DNA of 64,000 nucleotides from a virus. Shown here piece by piece: positions 47,830-57,744 of the stretch (the stretch's first letter is position 1; the number at the start of each line of letters is the position of its first letter). Below the pieces are notes generated by a model that saw nothing but the letters and a program-made list of their open reading frames with translations, made no database searches and had not been told where the DNA came from. A program made the translations under genes and the position numbers. The DNA lies in the IMG/VR virus record IMGVR_UViG_3300025732_000020, positions 32,001-96,000 of that record; one strand, written 5' to 3'.

Positions 47830-50800
47830 ATGGAAGGATACAGTTTTATAAGACAGAATCGCCCCGAAATTGGATTAGTTAGTTACTATGACCTGGGCGA
47901 AATTTATAGCAGTGATGAAAGAGATGCTTTATTTAACATCCTTTTAGATCCAGACGCATTAGACCAGATCTATAATCTTTCTAGAAGTGGTCTTGTTAAA
48001 GAAGATATTAGAACTGCTGGAGGGCTAGAACTGCCAGTTTATCATTCTATGGCTATTTCTTCAGAAACCTCACGTGGTATTTCTAATAAAATTCAAAGCC
48101 TTATAAGAACTGACGGAGAGATCGGAGATCCTGGATTACAAGACTTCAATATTTCAAATTACTCTGATAATATTATAGTTCTTCATGGTGGACTTGCTGC
48201 CAATAACATTGAATTTAGGTATCTTGATGAGGAAGGAGAAGTTAAAAAAACTGTCGTTCCAACTTCCAGAGAGAGTCTTTTCAACTCCATTGTAGATAGT
48301 GCAACTGGAAAATTTTCAGAGGCTTCTTTCTCTTCTTTGATTAGAATAAGAAGAAGATCACATCTTAATAATCTAAACCTGAGAGCTACTAACCTGCTGC
48401 TGAATAGAGAGACAATTTCTGAGTCTCCTACTCATATTTTTAAAATTCCTGTATATGTAAGAACTCCTTCTAATACTAATCCAAAGTGCGAATTATTAGA
48501 ATGTTATTGCACAGTTAACTCTCCATTAATTATCCCAGTAAGAATAGGAACTTCAGGTACCATTTCTTTTTCAAGAGAGATAGGTTCAAAGGATCAAAAT
48601 CCTCAGGTTTCTTTTGTCTATGGATGGGAACTAAAACTACGTAGTGATCTTTCTATAGTAAAACAAGAAATAATTACTGACTCTAGAACTAGAGACGTTC
48701 AATCAATTAGCATTAATGTAACTGGAACTCCAGCTTCTAATAAGGAGTGTTTACTCTACGTTTATCTTGATCCAGAGCAGATTACCGAAATAGACTTATC
48801 CTCGCTAGGGATTGCAGAGCAAGCTGGTAAGGATATCGGCCTTATCGGATTTAATAATCTGAAAAAAATTAATATTAGTAATAATAGATTATCTACCCTT
48901 CCAACTTGGATAAAAGTACTTGATACTAAACTTATTGAATTAGATATATCTGGCAATGTCTGGGACGAGCCAGGGGGTATATACTCCACATTTGATTACC
49001 AAGACATGAGAAATTCCGGTATTTCAGGAATTTCAACTGCAGCGCCTCCTTCTAAAACTCTCACTGAGTTTATGTGTTATAGTGGATATAAAGCCTCCGG
49101 TGGTGGAAATAAAAATTCAAGTTATAAAGGATATTCTACGATCCAAGATTCCAATAATAAACTTTGGAAAGATTCTAGGAAAACTTCTATAGAAAGATTC
49201 AATTATCTTTATAATGGAAACCCAAGTAATCTTACTCAAGAGCCCATTCCAATTACTATCTCTGGCGAAGAAGGATTTAGAACTTTCACTCTATTGAACA
49301 AACTAAAATTAGGGTCTGAAATTTATGTATGTAATGCTGATTTCTCAAGAGTTTTTCCTAATCTATTTGATATAAGCATCGATTCGTCCAGTGGGGCCAA
49401 TCCTAATTTGCTAACTGGTTTAATACCAAAAATCAATAATACCTCTGTGGACCAGATTACTATTGATTATAGGGGACAGACTACTATGGAGGGCTCAATA
49501 GGATATATGGGAGATACTCCATTTTGGACTAATACTATTCAAAATATTAGTAATGGTACTATTACTACAAAATCAGCTTTTGAAACTGCAGCTGGAGTTA
49601 CTACATCTTTATCGCAGGAGGAGATTTTAAACGCTCCAAAGGGATTTATTGGGAAATATAATATCAAATCATTTAATCTTGCTGGAAGTAGTATTGTAGG
49701 CGGTATATTAACTGGCACCGATGATGTTTCTGGAACTAAAACTCTTGGAGTTACTCATCTTGTGAATAGTAATGACCCCACCGTTATCGCTAACGCGTGG
49801 AGTTCTTGGTTAAGTCAAACATCATATATTAGCTTCGATAGTTTTGGAAATGATTATAGGGATATTTACTTTAGAATTGCAAAAGGCTCGTCCTATAAGT
49901 GGATGAAATTATCCGAGGTAAACTTAAATTACATTTACGGGGTAGACAGTAAATATATTAGTTATAATGAAGGAGTTACTACAGAAAACTCCTCAGACAT
50001 CCTAACAGGTTTAGCATTACAAAATTTACAGGCGTATGCTGCAGCTTGGGGAGGAAAGATTTTTAGTATTAAAGATGTAGAATCAACGCTTAAAACCTTA
50101 CAAATAGGTAGGAATAGATGGAAGGGTTATACCGCAGATCTTTCCGATCCTGTAAGCAAATTTGAGTCATCCAACGGAAATTATAAATATCTTCTTCCTA
50201 AAAACTTTATATCACCATCAAAAGAAAATACCAAATTTGAAAGCCTTTCTATTGGAGAGTGTCAGAATTATAGTTCTGAAGATCAAAGATTTATTCTTAG
50301 ATCTAGTGAACTTAGTTCTTTCAAGGTACTTAACTATATTACTTTTCACAATTCTAAAATTTTTGGCGTTTTCCCAGCACTCTCGGCAAATGTTAATTCT
50401 GCGAAAATAAAAATAAACATTAGTTATAATAACTTTAGAGACTTATCTAATCTAGGAACAGATAGAAATCAGAAAGTTATTGAGTTATTTGCTAGTGAGC
50501 AGTCTTCTAGTTTCGGCGGATGTAGGTTACCTAATTTTTCAACTTCATCAACTAATATAACGAAGATAGACCTAAATAATAACTTAAGTACAAAAGATAT
50601 AAATGGTAAAGTATTACTCTCATGTTTGGCTGATCCTGACGTAATAGCAACTAAATCCCATCTGGGTACATTGCAGCAAGAAGTCTCCATTCCTCCCGTA
50701 ACTTGGAATGCGGAATCGGCTGATGGAAAAATCCATAGAATAGTCATAGCTTCTGGAAGTACTGATATATCCAAGCAGGTATATGTAAACGACGAAATAA

Positions 50801-51558
50801 GAGATACGAATGAGTCTGGAAATGTAATTGGCATAGTAACTCAAGTACATAAGAGTGGCACTACGGGATTTATCCATGTAACTGGAGTAAGATCAGATGT
50901 TAATATAGATTTCTCTGGTAAAACTCTCGCATTTATTAGAAGAGGGCAAATAGTTAGTAACTATTTCCAAGATATGTCTAATTTACAAGAATTAAACCTA
51001 CAGAATAACAGATTGGTTGGTAAAGTTCCCACATTTAAAGGAGCAAAAAATTTAAAAGTAGTAAATCTTACAAATAATCTTTTCACTGAATGGCCTGGCG
51101 ATGTATTTACCACCAAAGGATTCTTCTCTGGCGGTTCGGTAAAATTAACTAGTTTTGATATAAGAGAAAATCCGCTCAGTGTAGAGGCTATAAGACTAAT
51201 TATTAAAGAATTATACGACTCTAAAACAGCGAATAGTAAATTAAGTTATTCTGCTCTAAAGGTAAATGTTCAAAAAACTAAATGGAATGGAACCGGATAT
51301 AACACCGACTGGTCAAGGAGTGAAGTTTTCTATAATACAACATCTAAACAAGTGGACGATCCAACCTGGATCAGACCCACAAAAACAGTAGATTCTGGAC
51401 AGGTTGATGCAAACGGTAATCCTATATACACCCAAGTTCCAGATACTTCAGCAACTCCTCCAAAAATTACTGTAGTTTCTGGAGATCCACTACTCGATCA
51501 ATATAAAATTTTGATAGGAAAGTATGGTATATCATTCTCTGGTATAGCCTCCACGTAG
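47830..51558 (+). CDS. Large leucine-rich repeat protein (1242 aa), probably virion-associated
   Basis: NLKKINISNNRLSTLP, KLIELDISGN, ITKIDLNNN, NLQELNLQNNRLVGKVP, NLKVVNLTNNLF, KLTSFDIRENPL. Confidence 0.78.
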   Translation: MEGYSFIRQNRPEIGLVSYYDLGEIYSSDERDALFNILLDPDALDQIYNLSRSGLVKEDIRTAGGLELPVYHSMAISSETSRGISNKIQSLIRTDGEIGDPGLQDFNISNYSDNIIVLHGGLAANNIEFRYLDEEGEVKKTVVPTSRESLFNSIVDSATGKFSEASFSSLIRIRRRSHLNNLNLRATNLLLNRETISESPTHIFKIPVYVRTPSNTNPKCELLECYCTVNSPLIIPVRIGTSGTISFSREIGSKDQNPQVSFVYGWELKLRSDLSIVKQEIITDSRTRDVQSISINVTGTPASNKECLLYVYLDPEQITEIDLSSLGIAEQAGKDIGLIGFNNLKKINISNNRLSTLPTWIKVLDTKLIELDISGNVWDEPGGIYSTFDYQDMRNSGISGISTAAPPSKTLTEFMCYSGYKASGGGNKNSSYKGYSTIQDSNNKLWKDSRKTSIERFNYLYNGNPSNLTQEPIPITISGEEGFRTFTLLNKLKLGSEIYVCNADFSRVFPNLFDISIDSSSGANPNLLTGLIPKINNTSVDQITIDYRGQTTMEGSIGYMGDTPFWTNTIQNISNGTITTKSAFETAAGVTTSLSQEEILNAPKGFIGKYNIKSFNLAGSSIVGGILTGTDDVSGTKTLGVTHLVNSNDPTVIANAWSSWLSQTSYISFDSFGNDYRDIYFRIAKGSSYKWMKLSEVNLNYIYGVDSKYISYNEGVTTENSSDILTGLALQNLQAYAAAWGGKIFSIKDVESTLKTLQIGRNRWKGYTADLSDPVSKFESSNGNYKYLLPKNFISPSKENTKFESLSIGECQNYSSEDQRFILRSSELSSFKVLNYITFHNSKIFGVFPALSANVNSAKIKINISYNNFRDLSNLGTDRNQKVIELFASEQSSSFGGCRLPNFSTSSTNITKIDLNNNLSTKDINGKVLLSCLADPDVIATKSHLGTLQQEVSIPPVTWNAESADGKIHRIVIASGSTDISKQVYVNDEIRDTNESGNVIGIVTQVHKSGTTGFIHVTGVRSDVNIDFSGKTLAFIRRGQIVSNYFQDMSNLQELNLQNNRLVGKVPTFKGAKNLKVVNLTNNLFTEWPGDVFTTKGFFSGGSVKLTSFDIRENPLSVEAIRLIIKELYDSKTANSKLSYSALKVNVQKTKWNGTGYNTDWSRSEVFYNTTSKQVDDPTWIRPTKTVDSGQVDANGNPIYTQVPDTSATPPKITVVSGDPLLDQYKILIGKYGISFSGIAST

Positions 51559-51612
51559 TAGGGTGAATGACATAATGATTAAAGTAAATTAGAAAAAACT
51601 TAAGTAATCAAC

Positions 51613-53355
51613 ATGAGTGGACTAACTCGATTTAAAAATCTTTCAGAAACTGGCTTAAATCTAAAAACGTCTTTACAAAAACTCTATGCTCCAGGGATAG
51701 AGGATGATATTGAACTTTTTTCATTATCATCTTCTGTTTTATCTACAGTAATCTCTGGTCCTAAAGTACAAGATCCCACAGCTGAGTTTCCAGTAGAGAC
51801 TCAAATTTATGGACTAAGATCAGAAAAGATCGTAGAAAGAAAAGGAGTTGAAGATATTCAGTATGATAGAACACGATTTTTAACTAAATACTTTACTTTT
51901 ACTCCAGGTAATAAAGTATTTTTTAAAAACTTCTCCGTGAGTACTTCAAGTAATAAAGATTCATTTCATCCTCCGATTTTTTCAAATAATGGATCTATTC
52001 CAGATGTAGAGTTAGTCTATGGAGGAAGAGGTTTCTACTTTAAAAAAGGTTCCTCTAGCTCCTCTAGTATTTTACATGATGACAACGATTTTGAAAATGT
52101 TAATGATAATGTCGTAGTATTAAAAGACGTTATTTTAGAGGGGGTAAATAGTAAAAGAATCAGTGCAAAAGCAACATTGACATTCAAGGAAGAGACTTTT
52201 AATGATAAAACCCATGCAACAAACGAATCTTATGAAGATTTTAATACTAGGAGGTTTACTCTAACTGATGTAGTTATTACAGAGAGGGGTACTGGTTACG
52301 GAATTTTTGAAAAATTAAGAATTAAAGAAACTTCATCAAGTTACTCAGTTGATACAGAATTATCAACTTTGGTAAATACCGATACTGCGTCCATTAATAG
52401 TTTAATAATTCAGAGACAAGGCGGTGTTGCTTTTATTTTTCAAGACCCGATTATTAGGGTTAGACAGTACTACTATGAAGTAATAAATTCTGATCTGGAC
52501 GGATTTTTCTTATTCGATAGAAAGAATAATAAATATGTCTTTCTCGATAAAGATACCGAGATACTTAATATTCAAGATATTGATATAAGGCGAGAAGACT
52601 TTATTAGAGTAAATAACTTTACTCAGTTTAAATTCGCCTCATCTGGAGTATATCTAAGTACCTATGCCGAAACATCGTTCTTTGCTAATGGATCCATTAG
52701 TTCTAATATTACTAGTTTGGGCAACCAAGTAGGTAGAAATTTAGAATCTATCAGAACTACTATTCAAAACGCAAAGAAGCCGCAATTAGCTACTAACGCA
52801 GAGAATAAACTTGGGTATAGTTATAATGCTTTTGAGGGCAGAGATGTAGCAATTTGGCAAAGAGTAATAATTAGGGATCAAGATGATTTATTAGGAGCGA
52901 TTAGACAAGAAGGACTTAGTGGAGATGAAGTAAGAGACAATAGTTTAATCCCAGAGTTTGTTGTTACAAGTGGAAGTCAAAAGTTTACTATTCCTGGCCT
53001 ATACATCAAGGTAGGAGATGTATATAAAAGAGCTTATTCTACAAAAGATAAGCCTTTCTATAATACTATTTCTTCAGTGGTTGAAAATCCGACTATTAGC
53101 ACTAATACTAGTGAGAACAGAAATTCTCTTCCACTTGGGACTCTCAGTGCGGAAGCTTATGACCAATCCAGTGGATCTTGGTATGCTTATAATTCAGTAA
53201 TTTCTGAATTTGCTCAGAGAATATCAGTATCTTCACCGGCAGGAAAGAACGGAGCATTCTATTTTCACAAAAGTACTGCGATAACAGTAACAGAAAAACC
53301 CAATTCTGTCTCTGGGAAAAGGGTATATTCAGTTCCCTTATTCCAGGCAGTTTAA
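51613..53355 (+). CDS. Hypothetical virion protein
   Basis: 580 aa; N-terminal GLTRFKNLSE motif; last gene of the plus-strand structural run. Confidence 0.62.
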   Translation: MSGLTRFKNLSETGLNLKTSLQKLYAPGIEDDIELFSLSSSVLSTVISGPKVQDPTAEFPVETQIYGLRSEKIVERKGVEDIQYDRTRFLTKYFTFTPGNKVFFKNFSVSTSSNKDSFHPPIFSNNGSIPDVELVYGGRGFYFKKGSSSSSSILHDDNDFENVNDNVVVLKDVILEGVNSKRISAKATLTFKEETFNDKTHATNESYEDFNTRRFTLTDVVITERGTGYGIFEKLRIKETSSSYSVDTELSTLVNTDTASINSLIIQRQGGVAFIFQDPIIRVRQYYYEVINSDLDGFFLFDRKNNKYVFLDKDTEILNIQDIDIRREDFIRVNNFTQFKFASSGVYLSTYAETSFFANGSISSNITSLGNQVGRNLESIRTTIQNAKKPQLATNAENKLGYSYNAFEGRDVAIWQRVIIRDQDDLLGAIRQEGLSGDEVRDNSLIPEFVVTSGSQKFTIPGLYIKVGDVYKRAYSTKDKPFYNTISSVVENPTISTNTSENRNSLPLGTLSAEAYDQSSGSWYAYNSVISEFAQRISVSSPAGKNGAFYFHKSTAITVTEKPNSVSGKRVYSVPLFQAV

Positions 53356-56300
53356 GCCACCCAAGTGGGTCTATTCCTAGTTAGGAGATTGATTTTATTA
53401 TCATTATCCTTATCTAGGAAAAGAAAAATGTTGGATTTCGTAGGCTCGTTATTTGTATAAACAAGAGCATCTTTATACAGATACGCATTGCTTACGCTCT
53501 GTGGTGTTACAGCTGGTATTTCAATGAGAAGTTTTGAGTTATAAGTTGTAGTACTTAAAGTAAAATCTGGTTTCTGTGCTGAAGTCATAGAAACCAAAAT
53601 ACTAGAAGTCTCACTAGTATCAAAATCTAATATTAACTTTTTATTGATTTGAAGATATTTACCACCTAAATCATTTATTTTGTTACTATCCGTAGATCCC
53701 CAATAAACGTCATATTGTCCTTCTGTAGAAGAAGTAATCTCAGAAGTACTAGCTGTGATTGCTAATAGTTGCAGATCTTGAGTATCGTAAGGGGGATAGC
53801 AAATACCCCCTAGTCCTGGGTCAGAAGAAAATACTGACTTATCATATCCAAAAGGAGTTACAATTTGAGCGGGTGGAGCAGGGATTTCAGATCCGTCCGC
53901 AAAAGGACTTACTTGAGTGGGACTAGTACTATCTTTTAAATATAAAGAGTCAGCAATTCCTAAACCTGCCCCAGAATCAATTTTTCTAAATTGGTATCCG
54001 GTGCTATAGACATAGTTAAAGTCTATAAAGTCATTAAAGGATATAGGATTATCTACTTTATTCTGTGATGAATCTATAACATATGAAGGAAATTTTGAGA
54101 ATGATAAGAAGTTATAAAAAATCTTACATTCTTTATTACCTACCAGAGTCGCTGGGTCAGTCGCGCCATGATCTATGGTAACTTTGGTATCGGCGTAACT
54201 ATAGGCAGTTACATAATATGCAACTCCGTTGATTTCTATACGTGTTCCTAGGTAGTCAGTATTAGTCCCTGTGATCCCTTTGAAAAATGTTGAGTTAGTA
54301 ATTGATACTACAGCTGGGTTTCCATCCGAAGAAATTGTTAGTTGAACTTCTTCAGTGGGTCTTGAAGTACCAATTAAGTCAAAAAAGTGATATACGTCCC
54401 CACCTGAAGTTATAAATCCAGTTAAGAACAAATCATTAAAGTCCGTGCTAGGCGCTGTGCCAATCTCAAATGGACTATCAGCAATTATTCTGTTAGTACC
54501 CGGGTTATCTGGGATTAAGTGTTTATTACCACTCAGAGTGCCATTTACATATTTAAATGCGACTGGGAATCCTTCAAATGCGTTACTGTTACCATTTACA
54601 TAGTCGGCTGATGTGGAATATAACTTGATTACGTCATCTCCAAAAGAAGAGATGTTATCTGACATATGTAGAGCCTTACCTACTTTGTTGGTAGTAGCAT
54701 CAGAAGAAGTAATTCCATAATTATTTACTGGGGTGCCGTAAATAACAACACTTCCACCTAATCCAACTTCATTTTCAGTAATTGTAAAGAACGTATAATT
54801 TTCCCCAGGGGTCCTTACCTCATTGGGTTGTAAAGGCTTTATCGTCTCATCCTTTTTCTGTCTTCCAATAAAAAGTAGTTTATTATGACTATAATCATAA
54901 TCCCTATCTGAAGTATTTACAGTCAGACTATTATCTATAGCTCCATCATATCGTGACTTATTATAGACATTTATTGGAGGTAATTCACCATAGATAATTT
55001 TATAAGCTTCATAATTGCTTTCAAGTTGTACTTTTTGAGGATTAGGTTCAACGTAGTTGGCGCCTATCCCTTCTAGCATATCATTCCTATTGGCGTATGT
55101 ATATTGGATGTTGGGATGGAAAATATACTCTTGCCAAAGTTCCTGCTCACTAAACTCGATAGGAGGTGCATTATAGACTCTATTAGTCAGAGCCACATAA
55201 ATAGGACCTGATGAGATTCCAAGATCAGAACTAGTTAAATTGCCGTCTGTTTGATTGATTTTAGCTCCTAAGAATCCTTGAGATAAAATCCAATCGTCTC
55301 CGTATATATTTGTTAAGTCTGGGGACGTCTCAGTAGAATAAGCAAGAATTTCTGCTATTTCATTGAAATTATTAACTAGGTTGACTCCATCAGTAGCTTG
55401 CCACGTAGCACCGCCATCTGATGTTTCTATTTTTACAATTGCTTTATAATCATTCCACTTAGTACTTTCTCCATTGGCGTGGATTTGATCTATTTCAAAT
55501 CCTGGAGTAAGTCCAGGACTTAATTTTGCTAAGTCTCGAGCTGTAATGTTTTCTTCACCTTTTTCTAGAACTAAAGCATCATATTCCGCTGGGTCTTCCT
55601 GTCCGAACCAATATCTAATTACTACAGGGACATAATCGTTGAAGATTTTCTTTGTATTTCCTTCAGGGTCACTAACTGTAACAGTATAGTCCCAACTTGC
55701 TCCATTTCCAGCTACTCTTTGAGTTGTTGGGGTACTACTGACAGTTTCTAGCGACATGGACTCATTAGACGGTCCTCCTTGGAGATAATACGTTCTATAC
55801 CCCGAGGAGTCATCAGTAGCTGATTCCTTCGTGGGCTGTGAATAGTAAGTGTCCGAATTATATGTATCAAGGGCAGTCTTCCAAGAGCCCTGCACTGCTC
55901 CTGTACTTGAGTTATACCCCGTTATTTCAAAATAATCAATCTTGATGTGCCCAGAAACTTGTGTTAAAAATTTACCAAAAACACTACCACTAATTGATCT
56001 CTTCATCCAAAAGTCCATTTTTAGGCCCCAATTATATGGGTTTGATACTGCTTTTGGAAGAGAATAAGAAAAGGATATATTACCGTCTCTAATTACAGGA
56101 AATGAGGGATTTATGAGAGCGTTTGTAGTTGTATATTCTGATCTGCCTCTATAATCTTTTTTATAAGCTCCAGACCACCACCATTCTTTTTCTATATCTG
56201 GAACAAACTCTCCATCTTTAATATATCCAACTCTGTGAGTGTCAAGTATCTCTTGGGGGGATGCCGGAATATAATCGGGGCCATTTACTACAGGAGCATT

Positions 56301-56846
56301 TGGATCATTTTCGTCAATATTTAAATCATGAGTATAGAACGGAGGAGGGTTTGTATGAGAATATAACTTTCCTGTCTCTGTACCATCCTCTGTTTCATCC
56401 AGAGGAACAGTGTACTTAAACATTGCAGTTCCTTGGCCTTGGAAGACAGTGCCTCTTCCAGCGAAGAATTCTAATTGCTTAAGTCTATCAGCAATTCTTT
56501 GTCTAGGATTTACTAATGGAACTAAATTTCCAGATTTAGTTTCTAAATTAAGAGAACTATTTGATAAAATGGCTAGATCTTCATTTTTAAGACCATAGTT
56601 GATAATACCATCTAAGATCTCAAGATCTGGATATAAAAATTTTCCCTCAGTTTGTTTTTCTGCGGGATCTTGGATATCAAGTAAAACTTCACTAAGAGCC
56701 TGTGAAGCATCACTAATATCGGAAAGGGCTAGATCTCTTACTAAACCTCTATATTTTACCTCTGTTTCCAAAGGTATTTTTAATTGGCTAAGAGGAGGTA
56801 GATTTGTCGATACTTTTACTCTTCCTGTTCTAGAGTATCTAGCCAT
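53352..56846 (-). CDS. Large hypothetical virion protein, possible PA14-like segment
   Basis: 1164 aa; N-terminal GLVRDLALSD motif; YNWGLKMDFW...VPVVIRYWFG weakly resembles PA14. Confidence 0.6.
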   Translation of the reverse strand: MARYSRTGRVKVSTNLPPLSQLKIPLETEVKYRGLVRDLALSDISDASQALSEVLLDIQDPAEKQTEGKFLYPDLEILDGIINYGLKNEDLAILSNSSLNLETKSGNLVPLVNPRQRIADRLKQLEFFAGRGTVFQGQGTAMFKYTVPLDETEDGTETGKLYSHTNPPPFYTHDLNIDENDPNAPVVNGPDYIPASPQEILDTHRVGYIKDGEFVPDIEKEWWWSGAYKKDYRGRSEYTTTNALINPSFPVIRDGNISFSYSLPKAVSNPYNWGLKMDFWMKRSISGSVFGKFLTQVSGHIKIDYFEITGYNSSTGAVQGSWKTALDTYNSDTYYSQPTKESATDDSSGYRTYYLQGGPSNESMSLETVSSTPTTQRVAGNGASWDYTVTVSDPEGNTKKIFNDYVPVVIRYWFGQEDPAEYDALVLEKGEENITARDLAKLSPGLTPGFEIDQIHANGESTKWNDYKAIVKIETSDGGATWQATDGVNLVNNFNEIAEILAYSTETSPDLTNIYGDDWILSQGFLGAKINQTDGNLTSSDLGISSGPIYVALTNRVYNAPPIEFSEQELWQEYIFHPNIQYTYANRNDMLEGIGANYVEPNPQKVQLESNYEAYKIIYGELPPINVYNKSRYDGAIDNSLTVNTSDRDYDYSHNKLLFIGRQKKDETIKPLQPNEVRTPGENYTFFTITENEVGLGGSVVIYGTPVNNYGITSSDATTNKVGKALHMSDNISSFGDDVIKLYSTSADYVNGNSNAFEGFPVAFKYVNGTLSGNKHLIPDNPGTNRIIADSPFEIGTAPSTDFNDLFLTGFITSGGDVYHFFDLIGTSRPTEEVQLTISSDGNPAVVSITNSTFFKGITGTNTDYLGTRIEINGVAYYVTAYSYADTKVTIDHGATDPATLVGNKECKIFYNFLSFSKFPSYVIDSSQNKVDNPISFNDFIDFNYVYSTGYQFRKIDSGAGLGIADSLYLKDSTSPTQVSPFADGSEIPAPPAQIVTPFGYDKSVFSSDPGLGGICYPPYDTQDLQLLAITASTSEITSSTEGQYDVYWGSTDSNKINDLGGKYLQINKKLILDFDTSETSSILVSMTSAQKPDFTLSTTTYNSKLLIEIPAVTPQSVSNAYLYKDALVYTNNEPTKSNIFLFLDKDNDNKINLLTRNRPTWVA

Positions 56847-56879
56847 AGTATTTTACTTATACCAAATAATAATAATAAT

Positions 56880-56887
56880 CTTTAAAC
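56880..56887 (-). promoter_or_regulatory. GTTTAAAG motif on minus
   Basis: CTTTAAAC in the 41-nt gap, about 34 nt upstream of the ATG at 56846. Confidence 0.55.
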
Positions 56888-57637
56888 CTATGATTTTGAA
56901 CCGTAGAGATCTGAGTAGGCATAAATTACAGACTTTACGAAATCAGAACGAACAATTTCATTATATCCAAAGTTAACATGACCTACCGATTGGTTAGATC
57001 CAAGACGACGAAGAGCATCTGATAAGCCATCACCGCCATAACGATTTGCTAGGTCTCTTTGGACTATATCCCCAAGAAGGGCAATGGAGGAATTATCGCC
57101 AAGACGGGTGAGGATCGTCATTACCGAATGAGCGGTAGCATTTTGCATCTCATCAGCAATAATCATGCATCTGTGCAAAGATCTACCTCTGAGGTGCTCA
57201 ATAGGTAGAAACTCAATGACTTTTTTCTCAAGGAGATAATCAGCCTTGCCTTTTTGCATAAATACAGCAAGGGAGTCACGGATCGGCATGATGTGAGGAG
57301 CAATCTTCTCCTCAAGGTTACCTGGTAAGAAGCCTAGACCCTGTTCCCCTGGAGTAGATACAATTGGCTTTACATAATAAATTTTTTCAATTTCCCTCTT
57401 ATGGAGTTTTTCACATGCTGCATGAATCGAGAGGAGAGTTTTAGCAGTTCCAGGAGGCCCGGTTAGAATCGTCAAAGTTTTTGTTTTCAAATACCTCATT
57501 GCATCAACCTGGGAAGGATTCATAGGTAGAAGAGGTTTATGCTCTTCAAACTTGGGATTTGATGCCTGAATCATGTCGCCTTGTTCAATTCTTTGACGTC
57601 TAGAGGATTTTCTTGCCATGAGAGGGTTAATTTCCAT
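56888..57637 (-). CDS. phoH: PhoH family ATPase
   Basis: TILTGPPGTAKT Walker A, LGFLPGNLEEK, HLRGRSL, IIADEMQN, ILTRLG, GDIVQRD, EIVRSDFV. Alternative start at 57619. Confidence 0.93.
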   Translation of the reverse strand: MEINPLMARKSSRRQRIEQGDMIQASNPKFEEHKPLLPMNPSQVDAMRYLKTKTLTILTGPPGTAKTLLSIHAACEKLHKREIEKIYYVKPIVSTPGEQGLGFLPGNLEEKIAPHIMPIRDSLAVFMQKGKADYLLEKKVIEFLPIEHLRGRSLHRCMIIADEMQNATAHSVMTILTRLGDNSSIALLGDIVQRDLANRYGGDGLSDALRRLGSNQSVGHVNFGYNEIVRSDFVKSVIYAYSDLYGSKS

Positions 57638-57638
57638 T

Positions 57639-57725
57639 GATACGAAAAAAGACCCAAAAAGAGAAATCTCTTCTGAGTCTTATGGATTTATATGTCTATG
57701 GAGGGACATAGATTGTCTTCGTATC
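57639..57725 (-). other. Structured element (nested inverted repeats, terminator-like hairpin plus U-run) in the phoH leader
   Basis: Outer 8-bp inverted repeat GATACGAA/TTCGTATC (57639-46, 57718-25) enclosing two hairpins; U-run on minus at 57645-57650. Confidence 0.55.
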
Positions 57726-57733
57726 CTGACAAA

Positions 57734-57741
57734 CTTTAAAC
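57734..57741 (-). promoter_or_regulatory. GTTTAAAG motif on minus
   Basis: CTTTAAAC just 3' of the upstream gene stop and about 9 nt before the structured element. Confidence 0.5.
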
Positions 57742-57744
57742 TTA

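Noticed and set aside
21624-51561. Stop-codon reassignment (TAG/TGA recoding as in some large phages)
   Set aside because: TAG (21624-26, 51556-58), TGA and TAA all end genes cleanly, often overlapping the next ATG, and multi-kb ORFs are open in the standard code.
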